Positions 1-8,767 of a stretch of DNA of 28,861 bases are shown here, piece after piece. The notes below the pieces were generated by a model. It had not been told where the DNA came from, ran no database searches, and saw nothing but the letters and a program-made list of their open reading frames with translations. The DNA is from a bacterium. GTDB taxonomy: Bacteria > SAR324 > NAC60-12. How positions within the stretch are numbered: the first letter of the stretch is position 1; each line of letters starts with the position of its first letter. The stretch spans positions 1 through 28,861 of the forward strand of contig CBDDTI010000112.1 in the NCBI GenBank assembly GCA_965233585.1, written 5' to 3'. The translations under genes were made by a program, and so were the position numbers.

Positions 1-30
1 TTTTGTAGTTTCTTTTTTAAAATTAAAAAA

Positions 31-726
31 ATGAACGGTTTTGATTTGAGGTTTAATATTCCGTCCAACATGTTGGTTGTCGGTCCAACATCAAGCGGAA
101 AAACAACGTGGTTAAAACATTTAGTGCTTCGTCGACACGAGTATTTTGCAACTCCACCTGAAACAATGTTGTTGTTTTACAAGGAGCCGCAAAAAGCATA
201 TCAGTACATGGAAGATGACATGAACGAGGGCAAAGGTTCTAACACGCAATTTCCGTCTTTTCGTAAATTCAAAAATATTCCAAATTCAATCGAAGAGTTG
301 AAAGATATTTTAGAATTATATCCGAGAAAAATGCCCAAATTGATTGTTTTTGACGATTATTTAGACGATGTTGGGCAAATATTAAAACATTTTTTTACGG
401 TTTTGACTCATCATTACAATTGTTTCACCGTTTTTCTTTGTCAAAATTTATTTGACAAAAAAGGCGATTTACGGACATTGAGCATAAATACGCAATACAT
501 GATCCTTTTTAACAATCCACGGGACAGAAGCGCCATCACACATTTGGCAAAACAAATTTTTCCCGGTCGTGTTGGAATTTTAAATAAAGCATATAGAGAA
601 GCAGTTAACGGCCGAAGTCACGGATATCTTCTTCTAGATTTCCATCAACAGCAAGACGATAAAGTCAGAATTCGAAGTAACATCTTTCCTTATGAAGGAT
701 TAATGAAAGCCTACGTTACTGTTTAA
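31..726 (+). CDS. A32/FtsK-HerA-like genome packaging ATPase
   Basis: Walker A GPTSSGKT, Walker B LIVFDD, THHYN and RTLSIN...NNPRD motifs, and a GYLLLD segment typical of Maverick ATPases. Confidence 0.93.
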   Translation: MNGFDLRFNIPSNMLVVGPTSSGKTTWLKHLVLRRHEYFATPPETMLLFYKEPQKAYQYMEDDMNEGKGSNTQFPSFRKFKNIPNSIEELKDILELYPRKMPKLIVFDDYLDDVGQILKHFFTVLTHHYNCFTVFLCQNLFDKKGDLRTLSINTQYMILFNNPRDRSAITHLAKQIFPGRVGILNKAYREAVNGRSHGYLLLDFHQQQDDKVRIRSNIFPYEGLMKAYVTV

Positions 727-772
727 AAATTTCATATCTATTTAAGAAAAATTAAAAACAATTACTGTTAAA

Positions 773-1147
773 ATGTCAAAAAAATTAGAAAAAGCTAGTT
801 CGCTTTTTAATGCAATAAAAAAATTAAAACATCAAGATTGCGCAAATTTTTTAAATTATTTGGACGATCGCGGCGTTGAATTGCTTTGTCGTATTTTACA
901 TTACGTTTTGAACGGTGAATTGCCCTTACATGGCGAAGTGCGAACACGACTTCAGAAAAAAATAAGAGCTCATTTAGGGGAGTTTAGACGTCTTGCCACG
1001 CCGCCTCGTCGCTCTTCCGACATTTCAAAAAAAAGAATAATACTACAAAGGGGCGGAATTTTAGGAACTTTATCAACAATTGCCAGCATTATCGTCCCTA
1101 TTTTAGCTCAAATTATTGCAAAAAAGAGCTTGCAACGTCGTCGTTAA
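773..1147 (+). CDS. Small basic putative virion core protein with a QRGG motif and C-terminal hydrophobic/amphipathic helix
   Basis: 124 aa, K/R rich; LQRGG followed by ILGTLSTIASIIVPILAQII; lies next to the ATPase. Confidence 0.65.
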   Translation: MSKKLEKASSLFNAIKKLKHQDCANFLNYLDDRGVELLCRILHYVLNGELPLHGEVRTRLQKKIRAHLGEFRRLATPPRRSSDISKKRIILQRGGILGTLSTIASIIVPILAQIIAKKSLQRRR

Positions 1148-1150
1148 AGG

Positions 1151-1996
1151 ATGAGTTCAGGCGTGAAAAGAAAAACAAATGATGAAATATACTCTATGTT
1201 TTTAGTCCCCAAAAGGCTATATCATTCTTTAATAAAAAATATAGAAGATAATGAAACAAAAAAAGAACTTATTTCTATGAATGAAAAACCAAATACGACC
1301 AATTACATTGAAAATGCCATTAATTTTAAAAATTTACAAGACAGGCAAAAAATGAATCAAAGCGGCGATAAATTGTATCGTTTTGGTTCTGATAATATAT
1401 CGAATGTTATGCCGCCAGTACAAATCGATAGCAGTGCGGGTCGCACGTACCAATCTATTTCAAGATCAACAACCGCTCAAACTCCCCAACAAAAAGAAAA
1501 TACCGCTCAGTTTTCACCCACTACTCCCGTTATGGAAAGAGAACCCGATCCAGACTTGTTTTATACTGCTTCAAAACCAAAAAGCAAGGACGATACTTTA
1601 AGTTCTGACGTGCCAGAATGGCGAAATTCGCCTATTATAAAGGCTTTGACACAAAAAAATTCAGACGGCAAAATAGTTTGTCCTTTTAGCGCATGCGGGA
1701 AGCAGTATGTTGACGATGCGCAATTCGGCAAACACCTTGTAAGAGATCATATGAAAGAATTGTCTATATTTGACACAGAAAAAATCGGTAAAGATATAGC
1801 CTCGGTCTCTTCACAAGCATCAAAGTCCCCTTCAGCTTCAATGTCATCCCTCAAAACAGGATCAGGAGGTGCAAAAAAGAAAACTTTTACTATTTCTCCC
1901 GTACAAACTAGATCTAAATCAAAAAAACTTTCAACAACTGATGCAGATGCTGTTAAAAAAAAATTACTTTTTCCGGGAAAATACCTGAAATTATAA
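1151..1996 (+). CDS. Hypothetical protein with one C2H2 zinc finger and S/T/K-rich disordered regions
   Basis: CPFSACGKQY...FGKHLVRDH; intact in both copies. Confidence 0.7.
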   Translation: MSSGVKRKTNDEIYSMFLVPKRLYHSLIKNIEDNETKKELISMNEKPNTTNYIENAINFKNLQDRQKMNQSGDKLYRFGSDNISNVMPPVQIDSSAGRTYQSISRSTTAQTPQQKENTAQFSPTTPVMEREPDPDLFYTASKPKSKDDTLSSDVPEWRNSPIIKALTQKNSDGKIVCPFSACGKQYVDDAQFGKHLVRDHMKELSIFDTEKIGKDIASVSSQASKSPSASMSSLKTGSGGAKKKTFTISPVQTRSKSKKLSTTDADAVKKKLLFPGKYLKL

Positions 1997-2013
1997 TAAA
2001 AGTAAAATATATA

Positions 2014-2496
2014 TCATCGTTTATTTTCAAGTTTTTTTATAAAATGAGTTACAATTTCATCATTTTTTATTTTGGGTTTTTTTACAAATATTTTAACAAA
2101 TTGTTGAGGAGACATTAAATTGTTGCCCACGGATAAACAAAAAGCGGTCACGTACCAGCCGCAAAACAATGAATGAAAATCCTGAATGGAGTAAGACAGA
2201 ATTGTTTTGAATGAGTTTTTTTCTATCCAAGGTCGTAAGAACTTCATTAAAGATCGATTCCATATCGGCGGTAAAAAACCAAATGAATCAAAATAATAGA
2301 GTTGATTTTTTCCGTTAATATACATCGCTATGAAATGTGATCCTTTTTGATTTTTTTTTGATAAGTTAGTGATTAAGCAACAAGGCAACTTAAGCGAATC
2401 GGACGGCAAATTATCGCTTGAAAAAACCCCGATGAAATATTTACATCTTGGTTGAATATAATTGGATAAAAAGATATTTGATAATCCGTTTTCCAT
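2014..2496 (-). CDS. Adenain/Ulp1-like cysteine maturation protease
   Basis: Catalytic His (GSHF), Asp (YFDSFG) and Gln/Cys (IQDFHSLFCGWY) in clan CE order. Confidence 0.93.
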   Translation of the reverse strand: MENGLSNIFLSNYIQPRCKYFIGVFSSDNLPSDSLKLPCCLITNLSKKNQKGSHFIAMYINGKNQLYYFDSFGFLPPIWNRSLMKFLRPWIEKNSFKTILSYSIQDFHSLFCGWYVTAFCLSVGNNLMSPQQFVKIFVKKPKIKNDEIVTHFIKKLENKR

Positions 2497-2499
2497 GAT

Positions 2500-3843
2500 T
2501 TAATTTGTTCCTTTTATAACTTGTTGGAATTGATCTATTTTGATGCCGGAGTTGAAAACAGAAAAAGCCAGGACGTATATAGGATGAGGAGTTATTACGG
2601 AAAAAGCCAATTCTAAATCTAAATTTCCGTAATTTTCTGGATGCACGTGGAACGAATTACATTGATCCGGTGTTAAATCGGCCGCTAGAAAAAATCTTCC
2701 TTTTAAATATTGTTCATACGTTAAACCGATGGATTGATTGCCGTGCGAAATGCCAATACTGTCGTATAAATGCCGATACAAGTCAATGGCGTCCCCCTCG
2801 TTTATATTAGGTTGAAATGGTCTGGGAAATACGCATTGACCGTTCTTTTTTAAATTAAAAGTAGACAGATTAAAATGTTGAAAGTTGAAAGGGTTTTTGT
2901 CCGGGGCGTGTGACATGGCTTGATTGTGAACCATCACAAAAAACACTTGTTTCGGTAAAGTACCATTAGCGATATTGGCGATGTTGAAGGACGACACACC
3001 TTGAGGAATAACATAATGTCTTAAACGTGTGGCGCTAAAAGGTAGGTAGCACGGTTCTTTTAAAAGTTTGTTTTTAAAACTTTCTCGCAGCAATAATGTG
3101 GGCAACACTTTTCTCATATGTAGTTTAACATCTTTTAAAACAATTTTAAAAGGTTTTTCTGCCGCAGCATCTTGAAGCAAACCAAACTTTTCAGCGGATC
3201 TAACCAGCTTGATTTTGATATCCACATTTGGGGGTAAAAATCTGTCGGTGTCAAACAGATCAACGGCTAAGCGCGTATTAAAATACACTTTTTTACCATC
3301 CATAATTAACTGCTTTCTTTTATTCAAAGAAGGTGTGGCGGCTGTAAGATTTATGGTATCAACTTCGTCAGCATTTTCGGGATAATACCCTTCAGCAGCC
3401 AGATAAGTTTTTTTCACCTCTGAATTGTAACTTAGGAATGATTGTATAAACATTCTCCAAGGATAAGTGACCGCTGAACTTAAATCAGCTACTTGGACCC
3501 CGTTTAAATATACTTCTACTTGGCTGAATAGACAAGCGGCAAAATGATTAGCCAGTGTGACTTTAGTATCATTTTTTACTTGGCCACCATCATCATTTGT
3601 CACTACAAAATAGCCGCTAAGTCTGGTTTGATTCAGTATAAAAGAGCATTCGTTATCGCGAGGAACAAGAAATTCGACCGGTCCGGTGTTGGTGATAGAA
3701 GCCACGCTATTGTAAATAACGTGAGCTCCATCTAATAAACCCGTTTCTACTTCTAACGGTGAGTGAAGCGCTAAACCACTTTCGGTGCCGTCGTTTTGTT
3801 CAACGGCCAATCCGGCAATTCCACTTTTTTCAGGTACGCCCAT
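2500..3843 (-). CDS. Double jelly-roll major capsid protein (about 447 aa from the likely ATG at 3843)
   Basis: Maverick MCP-like motifs GPVEF, LFSQVEVYLNG, RFLPPNVDIKIKL, NPFNFQHFNL, FLAADLTPD. The ORF-track extension to 4056 is antisense to the TBP gene and probably not translated. Confidence 0.88.
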   Translation of the reverse strand: MGVPEKSGIAGLAVEQNDGTESGLALHSPLEVETGLLDGAHVIYNSVASITNTGPVEFLVPRDNECSFILNQTRLSGYFVVTNDDGGQVKNDTKVTLANHFAACLFSQVEVYLNGVQVADLSSAVTYPWRMFIQSFLSYNSEVKKTYLAAEGYYPENADEVDTINLTAATPSLNKRKQLIMDGKKVYFNTRLAVDLFDTDRFLPPNVDIKIKLVRSAEKFGLLQDAAAEKPFKIVLKDVKLHMRKVLPTLLLRESFKNKLLKEPCYLPFSATRLRHYVIPQGVSSFNIANIANGTLPKQVFFVMVHNQAMSHAPDKNPFNFQHFNLSTFNLKKNGQCVFPRPFQPNINEGDAIDLYRHLYDSIGISHGNQSIGLTYEQYLKGRFFLAADLTPDQCNSFHVHPENYGNLDLELAFSVITPHPIYVLAFSVFNSGIKIDQFQQVIKGTN

Positions 3844-3849
3844 AACAAG

Positions 3850-4392
3850 ATGGAAGTGTTGGTCAGCAATGTAAAAATTAGTTGTAAAGTTCATCTTATC
3901 AACAGCGACGAAATCTCTTTTAATACCGATAATACAATAAAACGTTATAATAATTTTGTTGTAATAAGAAAAAAATATTCCTTTATTATATTTACCAAAA
4001 CAAAGCAAAATCGTCATTTTCACGTAAACATTACAAAAATTCCCTCTACAGAACACATTGCGAAAGCATTAGACGAACTAAAATTTATTATAAGTAACGA
4101 ATTTGTTGTTGAAATATTTAAAGTAGAAAACATGACTTGTTTGTATCAATCAAAAGAAGAGATTAAATTATTAAAATTATACAACCATTTAAAATCGAAT
4201 AAAGATTTTGAAATTATTCATAAGAGATACGATCCAGAAAAATTCCCAGGCGTATTTTTAAAAATAAAAAAATGTTCAGCTTTAATATTTTCGTCAGGAA
4301 AAATAGTTATAATTGGAGCCTCCAGCGAAGAAGATGCTAAACAAGGAATAAAAATTATTATTAAATTATTAAAAAAATATAAAATCGAATGA
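3850..4392 (+). CDS. TBP: TATA-binding protein (TBP)-like, 180 aa, core domain only
   Basis: C-terminal repeat VENM...YDPEKFPGVFLKIKKCSALIFSSGKIVIIGASSEED matches TBP IQNM...YEPELFPGL...LIFxSGKxVxTGAK. The N-terminal repeat is divergent (VSNV...NFVVIR...IIF). Confidence 0.9.
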   Translation: MEVLVSNVKISCKVHLINSDEISFNTDNTIKRYNNFVVIRKKYSFIIFTKTKQNRHFHVNITKIPSTEHIAKALDELKFIISNEFVVEIFKVENMTCLYQSKEEIKLLKLYNHLKSNKDFEIIHKRYDPEKFPGVFLKIKKCSALIFSSGKIVIIGASSEEDAKQGIKIIIKLLKKYKIE

Positions 4393-4448
4393 TGTGAATA
4401 ATGTTTATTTAGTCGAGTTTTGATATCTATACAATAAACATCGAAATC

Positions 4449-5207
4449 ATGCACGAGAAAGTAGATTATACTAAAATATGCAATCATCAATATCTAATAG
4501 AAGACACTAGACAAGGAGACGTGGTGTGTACCGAGTGTGGATTAGTTATTGATAAAATATATTGTTATAATTTAACAAAATCAAATTTGGAAACAGAATG
4601 GGACAAAATAAAAACATTTGATAAAGAAATTAAACAAAAAAACCAGCATTTAGAGAAAGAAAAAAATATTTTAAAAATTTTATGTAATAAATTACATTTA
4701 AATAATGATGTTACAAATGTTATTTTAAATCTATGGTCAGATATAGCAGCGTGGCATTATCGAAAAGGCGGAAAAATTAAAATGGATGCTAAAGGATTGG
4801 TGGTAATGACGTTGTATCAGGGGTTAATAAAAGAAAAAATTCCCCGTCCGATAAGTCATTTGTGTCAAGAAGTCGGCATTAATCCAAAGATAGTGTGGCG
4901 TTGGATGAAATTATACAGACGGGATTTGACTGACATGAATAAATTAGACAATTACATAAAGGCAAAAGATATGAAAGAATATTTTTTACAGCCGCTGCAG
5001 TTAAATTATCAAGAAATGACGTCCGTTGAACAAATATTAAAAAAAAATGAAAATAGTTCTTTTGCTCCAAGAACTTTATTAGCTGCATGCGCTTATGCCT
5101 TTTTAAAAGAATCCAAATTGCGGTATTTAAGCGTCAAAAATATGGCTCACATTTTAGGCGTCAGTGTTATGTCGTTGTACAGATGTCGTAAAAGTCTAAA
5201 TCAATAA
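4449..5207 (+). CDS. TFIIB-family general transcription factor
   Basis: Zn ribbon CNH-QYLIEDTRQGDVV-CTECGLVI; two cyclin-like repeats (ILCNKLHL...IPRPISHLC; PRTLLAACAY...SVKNMAHILGVSVMSL). Confidence 0.88.
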   Translation: MHEKVDYTKICNHQYLIEDTRQGDVVCTECGLVIDKIYCYNLTKSNLETEWDKIKTFDKEIKQKNQHLEKEKNILKILCNKLHLNNDVTNVILNLWSDIAAWHYRKGGKIKMDAKGLVVMTLYQGLIKEKIPRPISHLCQEVGINPKIVWRWMKLYRRDLTDMNKLDNYIKAKDMKEYFLQPLQLNYQEMTSVEQILKKNENSSFAPRTLLAACAYAFLKESKLRYLSVKNMAHILGVSVMSLYRCRKSLNQ

Positions 5208-5216
5208 AATACATAT

Positions 5217-5618
5217 ATGAATTACCACAGCGGTTTACATTGGCAACGAGGTTCGGGAATTGGATCGCTTTTTTCCGGAATTTTTCGCGGATTAATGCCG
5301 GTAGCGAAATCAACGATAAAAACTATTGGACGTGTAGCTAAAAGCGCCCCGATAAAATCTGTAGGAAAAGCTTTAAAGAAAGAAGCGACAAGAGCGGCTG
5401 TAGAAACGGCAATAGAAGCTTTGGAGGGTCAACCGGTGGGCAGAAAAGCAAAACAACGTTTGAAATCCGCTACGCGAGGTATTTTGCTTAACGCTGCCCG
5501 ACAAGCCGATAACAACAACGATTATCGAACTCAAAATTCGAACAGAAAAAGGAAATCCTCGTCAATCACGCAATCTAGGAAAAAAAGGCGCAAAATATCT
5601 AAAGAACCCTTGTTTTAA
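5217..5618 (+). CDS. Small basic Maverick core/membrane-active protein with QRGSG motif
   Basis: WQRGSGIGSLFSGIFRGLMPVAK amphipathic helix; C-terminal basic NLS-like tract RKRKSS...RKKRRK. Confidence 0.72.
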   Translation: MNYHSGLHWQRGSGIGSLFSGIFRGLMPVAKSTIKTIGRVAKSAPIKSVGKALKKEATRAAVETAIEALEGQPVGRKAKQRLKSATRGILLNAARQADNNNDYRTQNSNRKRKSSSITQSRKKRRKISKEPLF

Positions 5619-6707
5619 ATGTCGATAACAACGAAAGAGACTTTTTTAAAAGAATACGCGAAACCGGGTTCGCCAATAGCTTTTGCGTCTCCCGCGCTAA
5701 TTTATCATTATTATGGGAAAAAAATACCTCTGACGTTAATCGAGGAGTGGCTAAAAGGAACAGACTCTTACACATTACACAAACAGCCTAAATTTCCCAG
5801 ACCGAGAAATCCAACATTTGCTTATCGGAAACGGTATCAGTTTCAAATTGACCTTATAGATTTAGGAAATTTGGCTGAACAAAATGATTCTAATAGATAC
5901 CTTTTGACAGCCATCGATATTTTTACACGATTCGCCTTTGTAGAACCACTTAAAAATAAAACGGCAAAAACATTTATGGAAGGGTTTGAATCTATTATGA
6001 AAAGAGCAAAACAATTTCCGCGTAGAATTTTAGCCGATAAAGGAGCGGAAATTAAGAATAAATTATTTCAAGCCTACTGCAAAAACAATAACATTCTTTT
6101 GTTACACAGCAATAATTTTGTGCACGCCCCCTTTGTGGAAAGATTTAACCGAACTTTAAAAAACCTGTTGTTCAAATACATGACTCACGAAAATACTGAC
6201 AGGTACATTGACGCGTTACCATTTCTTGTCCATACCTACAACAATCGTAAACATCGCATGATTGGAATGACGCCCGCTGAAGCAGAACTCCCCGGAAAAA
6301 CCTATCACATTAGAAGAAAACAAGAATTGGTTTATTCAAAGATTAAAAGAATGAAACCAAAATACAAAATCGGCCAAACCGTGCGTATTAGCATTATGAA
6401 GGGAAAATTTGACAGAGGATTTACACCGCAATTCAAAGAAGAAATTTTTAAAATAAAATCAATTTCTACACGTTTGCCAAAACCCACTTATGAGTTGGAG
6501 ACTTTAGAACAGGATGAAACTTTGGAAGGAAATTTTTATGAGAGTGAACTTACACCCGTAGATGAGCCGGAAGTATTTGCCATCGAAAAAATTCTTCGGA
6601 CAAAAAAAGATAAAAAAACCGGAGAAAAAATGGCTTTAATAAAATGGAAAGGGTATAAAAACCCTAGTTGGACATACGAAAAAGACATAGTTGATATGCC
6701 ACAATAA
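5619..6707 (+). CDS. Retroviral-like (RVE, DDE) integrase with C-terminal chromodomain-like region
   Basis: QIDLID, AIDIFTR, LADKGAE, VERFNRTLK; YNNRKHRMIGMTP; FAIEKIL...LIKWKGY...SW. Confidence 0.95.
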   Translation: MSITTKETFLKEYAKPGSPIAFASPALIYHYYGKKIPLTLIEEWLKGTDSYTLHKQPKFPRPRNPTFAYRKRYQFQIDLIDLGNLAEQNDSNRYLLTAIDIFTRFAFVEPLKNKTAKTFMEGFESIMKRAKQFPRRILADKGAEIKNKLFQAYCKNNNILLLHSNNFVHAPFVERFNRTLKNLLFKYMTHENTDRYIDALPFLVHTYNNRKHRMIGMTPAEAELPGKTYHIRRKQELVYSKIKRMKPKYKIGQTVRISIMKGKFDRGFTPQFKEEIFKIKSISTRLPKPTYELETLEQDETLEGNFYESELTPVDEPEVFAIEKILRTKKDKKTGEKMALIKWKGYKNPSWTYEKDIVDMPQ

Positions 6708-6713
6708 CGCGGA

Positions 6714-8453
6714 ATGGATTATAATATTTATTGCGTGTCAAACGCTAGTTCCGATACGGATGACAAAAATACTTTGAATTCTTTTACCAATTTATTTCCA
6801 CAAAGTTTAGACTTGAAAAATAGAGAATGGGAAATTGGGGTAGTGTCTATTGGATTACATTACAATTACAACCAATTGACTTTGTCAAAAGGCCAACCTT
6901 GTTTCATCGCGCTAAAAAACGAATTAACATCTATAAATTCTTCGGAAGAAGACATAAAGTCCGAAATTTTAGACCAGACAAAATCCATTTGGGTTTTGCC
7001 TAATTTAGATGAAGATGTATTGACAGTGCATAGACTGATGCAAAACTTGATGCAATATATTTACAAGGAAGGAATGAGATTGTATCATTTTGAACCCAAA
7101 TCGGGGGGTAAAGATGAAAAAGCTTACGTAATAGATGAAAACCCAAAAAAAGAAATGGAAAATGAAAATTACAATTATAATAGATATTTTTTGATACATA
7201 AACATTTAATAAAAATTTTAAATTTAAAATACTACCAAAACGGTTTTGTATCCTCCCAAGCAAAATCAATCAAGTTTTTCGACAACGAATATGTATATTT
7301 TTCTGTAAAGAAAAATTTTGCGCTTCTAACTACAGCAATTAAAGTGTATTCAGTTTTGAAACCCGGTCTGGTTCAAATAAAATCAAATATTATTTCTGAC
7401 GTTCCCAGCGGAAATAGTTATTCCACAATTATGTTTACAACGACTTTGCCAAATCAAATGGAAGGTCATTATTTTTACCATAATGTAAAAAATATCAGAT
7501 ATTATCAAGTGCGACAATCCAATATTGAAACGATAAACACTCAATTTACAGATTCTTTTGGGAATCTTTTAAGTTTAAACGAAGGTCAGCCGTCTATAGT
7601 GCATTTTCATTTAAAAGAAAAAGACAAAAATATGGATTACGAATTAACGCACGTACGAATCGATTCACAAGTAGATACCAAATTGAACTACGAAAATACA
7701 AATAGTAGTTTTTGGGCACACTTAAAACATCCGATAAGTTTAAATCAAAACGCAAAAATAGCCTTGATGGATATATCTTTTCCCAACACCATATGTAGCA
7801 TTCCAAAATCAATTGGAAGGAATCCGTTTATCTTAAATGTGTTAATGACCCAAAACGAAACAAAAAGACACGTCGTGGAAATACCAGAACTTTATTTCTG
7901 CAACTCTGATGATTTAACAACATCAATGAACCGCCTGTTATCCGAAGAACTAAAGGAAATTTTACATTTTGAGAACTTTAATGGGTTCTTTAGGATTGTG
8001 GCTAAAACAAATAAACCTTTTTCAATAGGCATTCCCAAAAACTTTTGCCCGTTTTTAGGAATGTACGATTACTCGGAGAAAGAACTTGCAAGAATTGAGG
8101 AACGAGGTGATTACGTCACGCTTGCAGTGACTAAGGAAAGATTTTTTGAAGCACCAAAACCAATGGACGTTTACAAATTATATCCCGGTGTTATGATATG
8201 TTATGCAAATTTTGTTCAACATTCCATTATTGGAGACAAATTTTACCCAATATTTAGAGTTATACCAACAATCGGTCAATCCACACAAAATGACTACTGT
8301 TCTATCCATTTCGAACATTTAGAATTCATAAGATGCAATGTTGATTATTTAGACGACATAAAGATCGAACTCAGGAGATTAGACGGAAATTTGATTGAAT
8401 TTAACGACGATCGAAGAGTAATTTTAAACATTGTAATTAAAAATCCAATTTAA
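6714..8453 (+). CDS. Minor capsid (penton-like) protein made of two tandem single jelly-roll units
   Basis: Unit 1: SNAS...NTLNSFTNLFPQSLDL...WEIGVVSI...FTDSFGNLL. Unit 2 from M307: NTNSSFWAHLKHPISL...IALMDISFP...IIGD..YPIFR...LRRLDGNLI. Confidence 0.8.
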   Translation: MDYNIYCVSNASSDTDDKNTLNSFTNLFPQSLDLKNREWEIGVVSIGLHYNYNQLTLSKGQPCFIALKNELTSINSSEEDIKSEILDQTKSIWVLPNLDEDVLTVHRLMQNLMQYIYKEGMRLYHFEPKSGGKDEKAYVIDENPKKEMENENYNYNRYFLIHKHLIKILNLKYYQNGFVSSQAKSIKFFDNEYVYFSVKKNFALLTTAIKVYSVLKPGLVQIKSNIISDVPSGNSYSTIMFTTTLPNQMEGHYFYHNVKNIRYYQVRQSNIETINTQFTDSFGNLLSLNEGQPSIVHFHLKEKDKNMDYELTHVRIDSQVDTKLNYENTNSSFWAHLKHPISLNQNAKIALMDISFPNTICSIPKSIGRNPFILNVLMTQNETKRHVVEIPELYFCNSDDLTTSMNRLLSEELKEILHFENFNGFFRIVAKTNKPFSIGIPKNFCPFLGMYDYSEKELARIEERGDYVTLAVTKERFFEAPKPMDVYKLYPGVMICYANFVQHSIIGDKFYPIFRVIPTIGQSTQNDYCSIHFEHLEFIRCNVDYLDDIKIELRRLDGNLIEFNDDRRVILNIVIKNPI

Positions 8454-8461
8454 ATTATATT

Positions 8462-8767
8462 TCAATAAAACAATTTATTTGAAAATAACGAATTATTGGT
8501 GAGATTTAATAAAGAAATATCTACTAAAGTTTGATTCACAAAATTAAGCGCCTTTAAACCGTTATAAGTTAGATCGTACATCAACCAAAGAAAAACGGAA
8601 GTAATGACAAAAATTGATAAAATCATCGCGCACACGCTACAACAATCGTTTTTTCCACAAAGATCAGGAGATTGCAAATCTTGATGAAACGTATCTTGAT
8701 CTACTTCTTTGAAACAAGATTTTTTATCTCGGTCAGAGCTCGTCGTTCGGCGCAAAGAGACGCTCAT
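8462..8767 (-). CDS. Small single-pass membrane protein
   Basis: Cys cluster, then hydrophobic AMILSIFVITSVFLWLMY; C-terminal NQT, NLT and NNS sequons; ATGA overlap with the upstream ORF. Confidence 0.6.
   Translation of the reverse strand: MSVSLRRTTSSDRDKKSCFKEVDQDTFHQDLQSPDLCGKNDCCSVCAMILSIFVITSVFLWLMYDLTYNGLKALNFVNQTLVDISLLNLTNNSLFSNKLFY

Noticed and set aside
3844..4056. 71-aa N-terminal extension of the MCP, and the TTG start of TBP at 3796
   Set aside because: Each is antisense shadow of the other gene; the ATGs at 3843 and 3850 give family-typical lengths.
5613..5621. Poxvirus-like TAAATG late promoter motif at several starts
   Set aside because: Explained by an upstream stop codon and an A-rich start context in an AT-rich genome.
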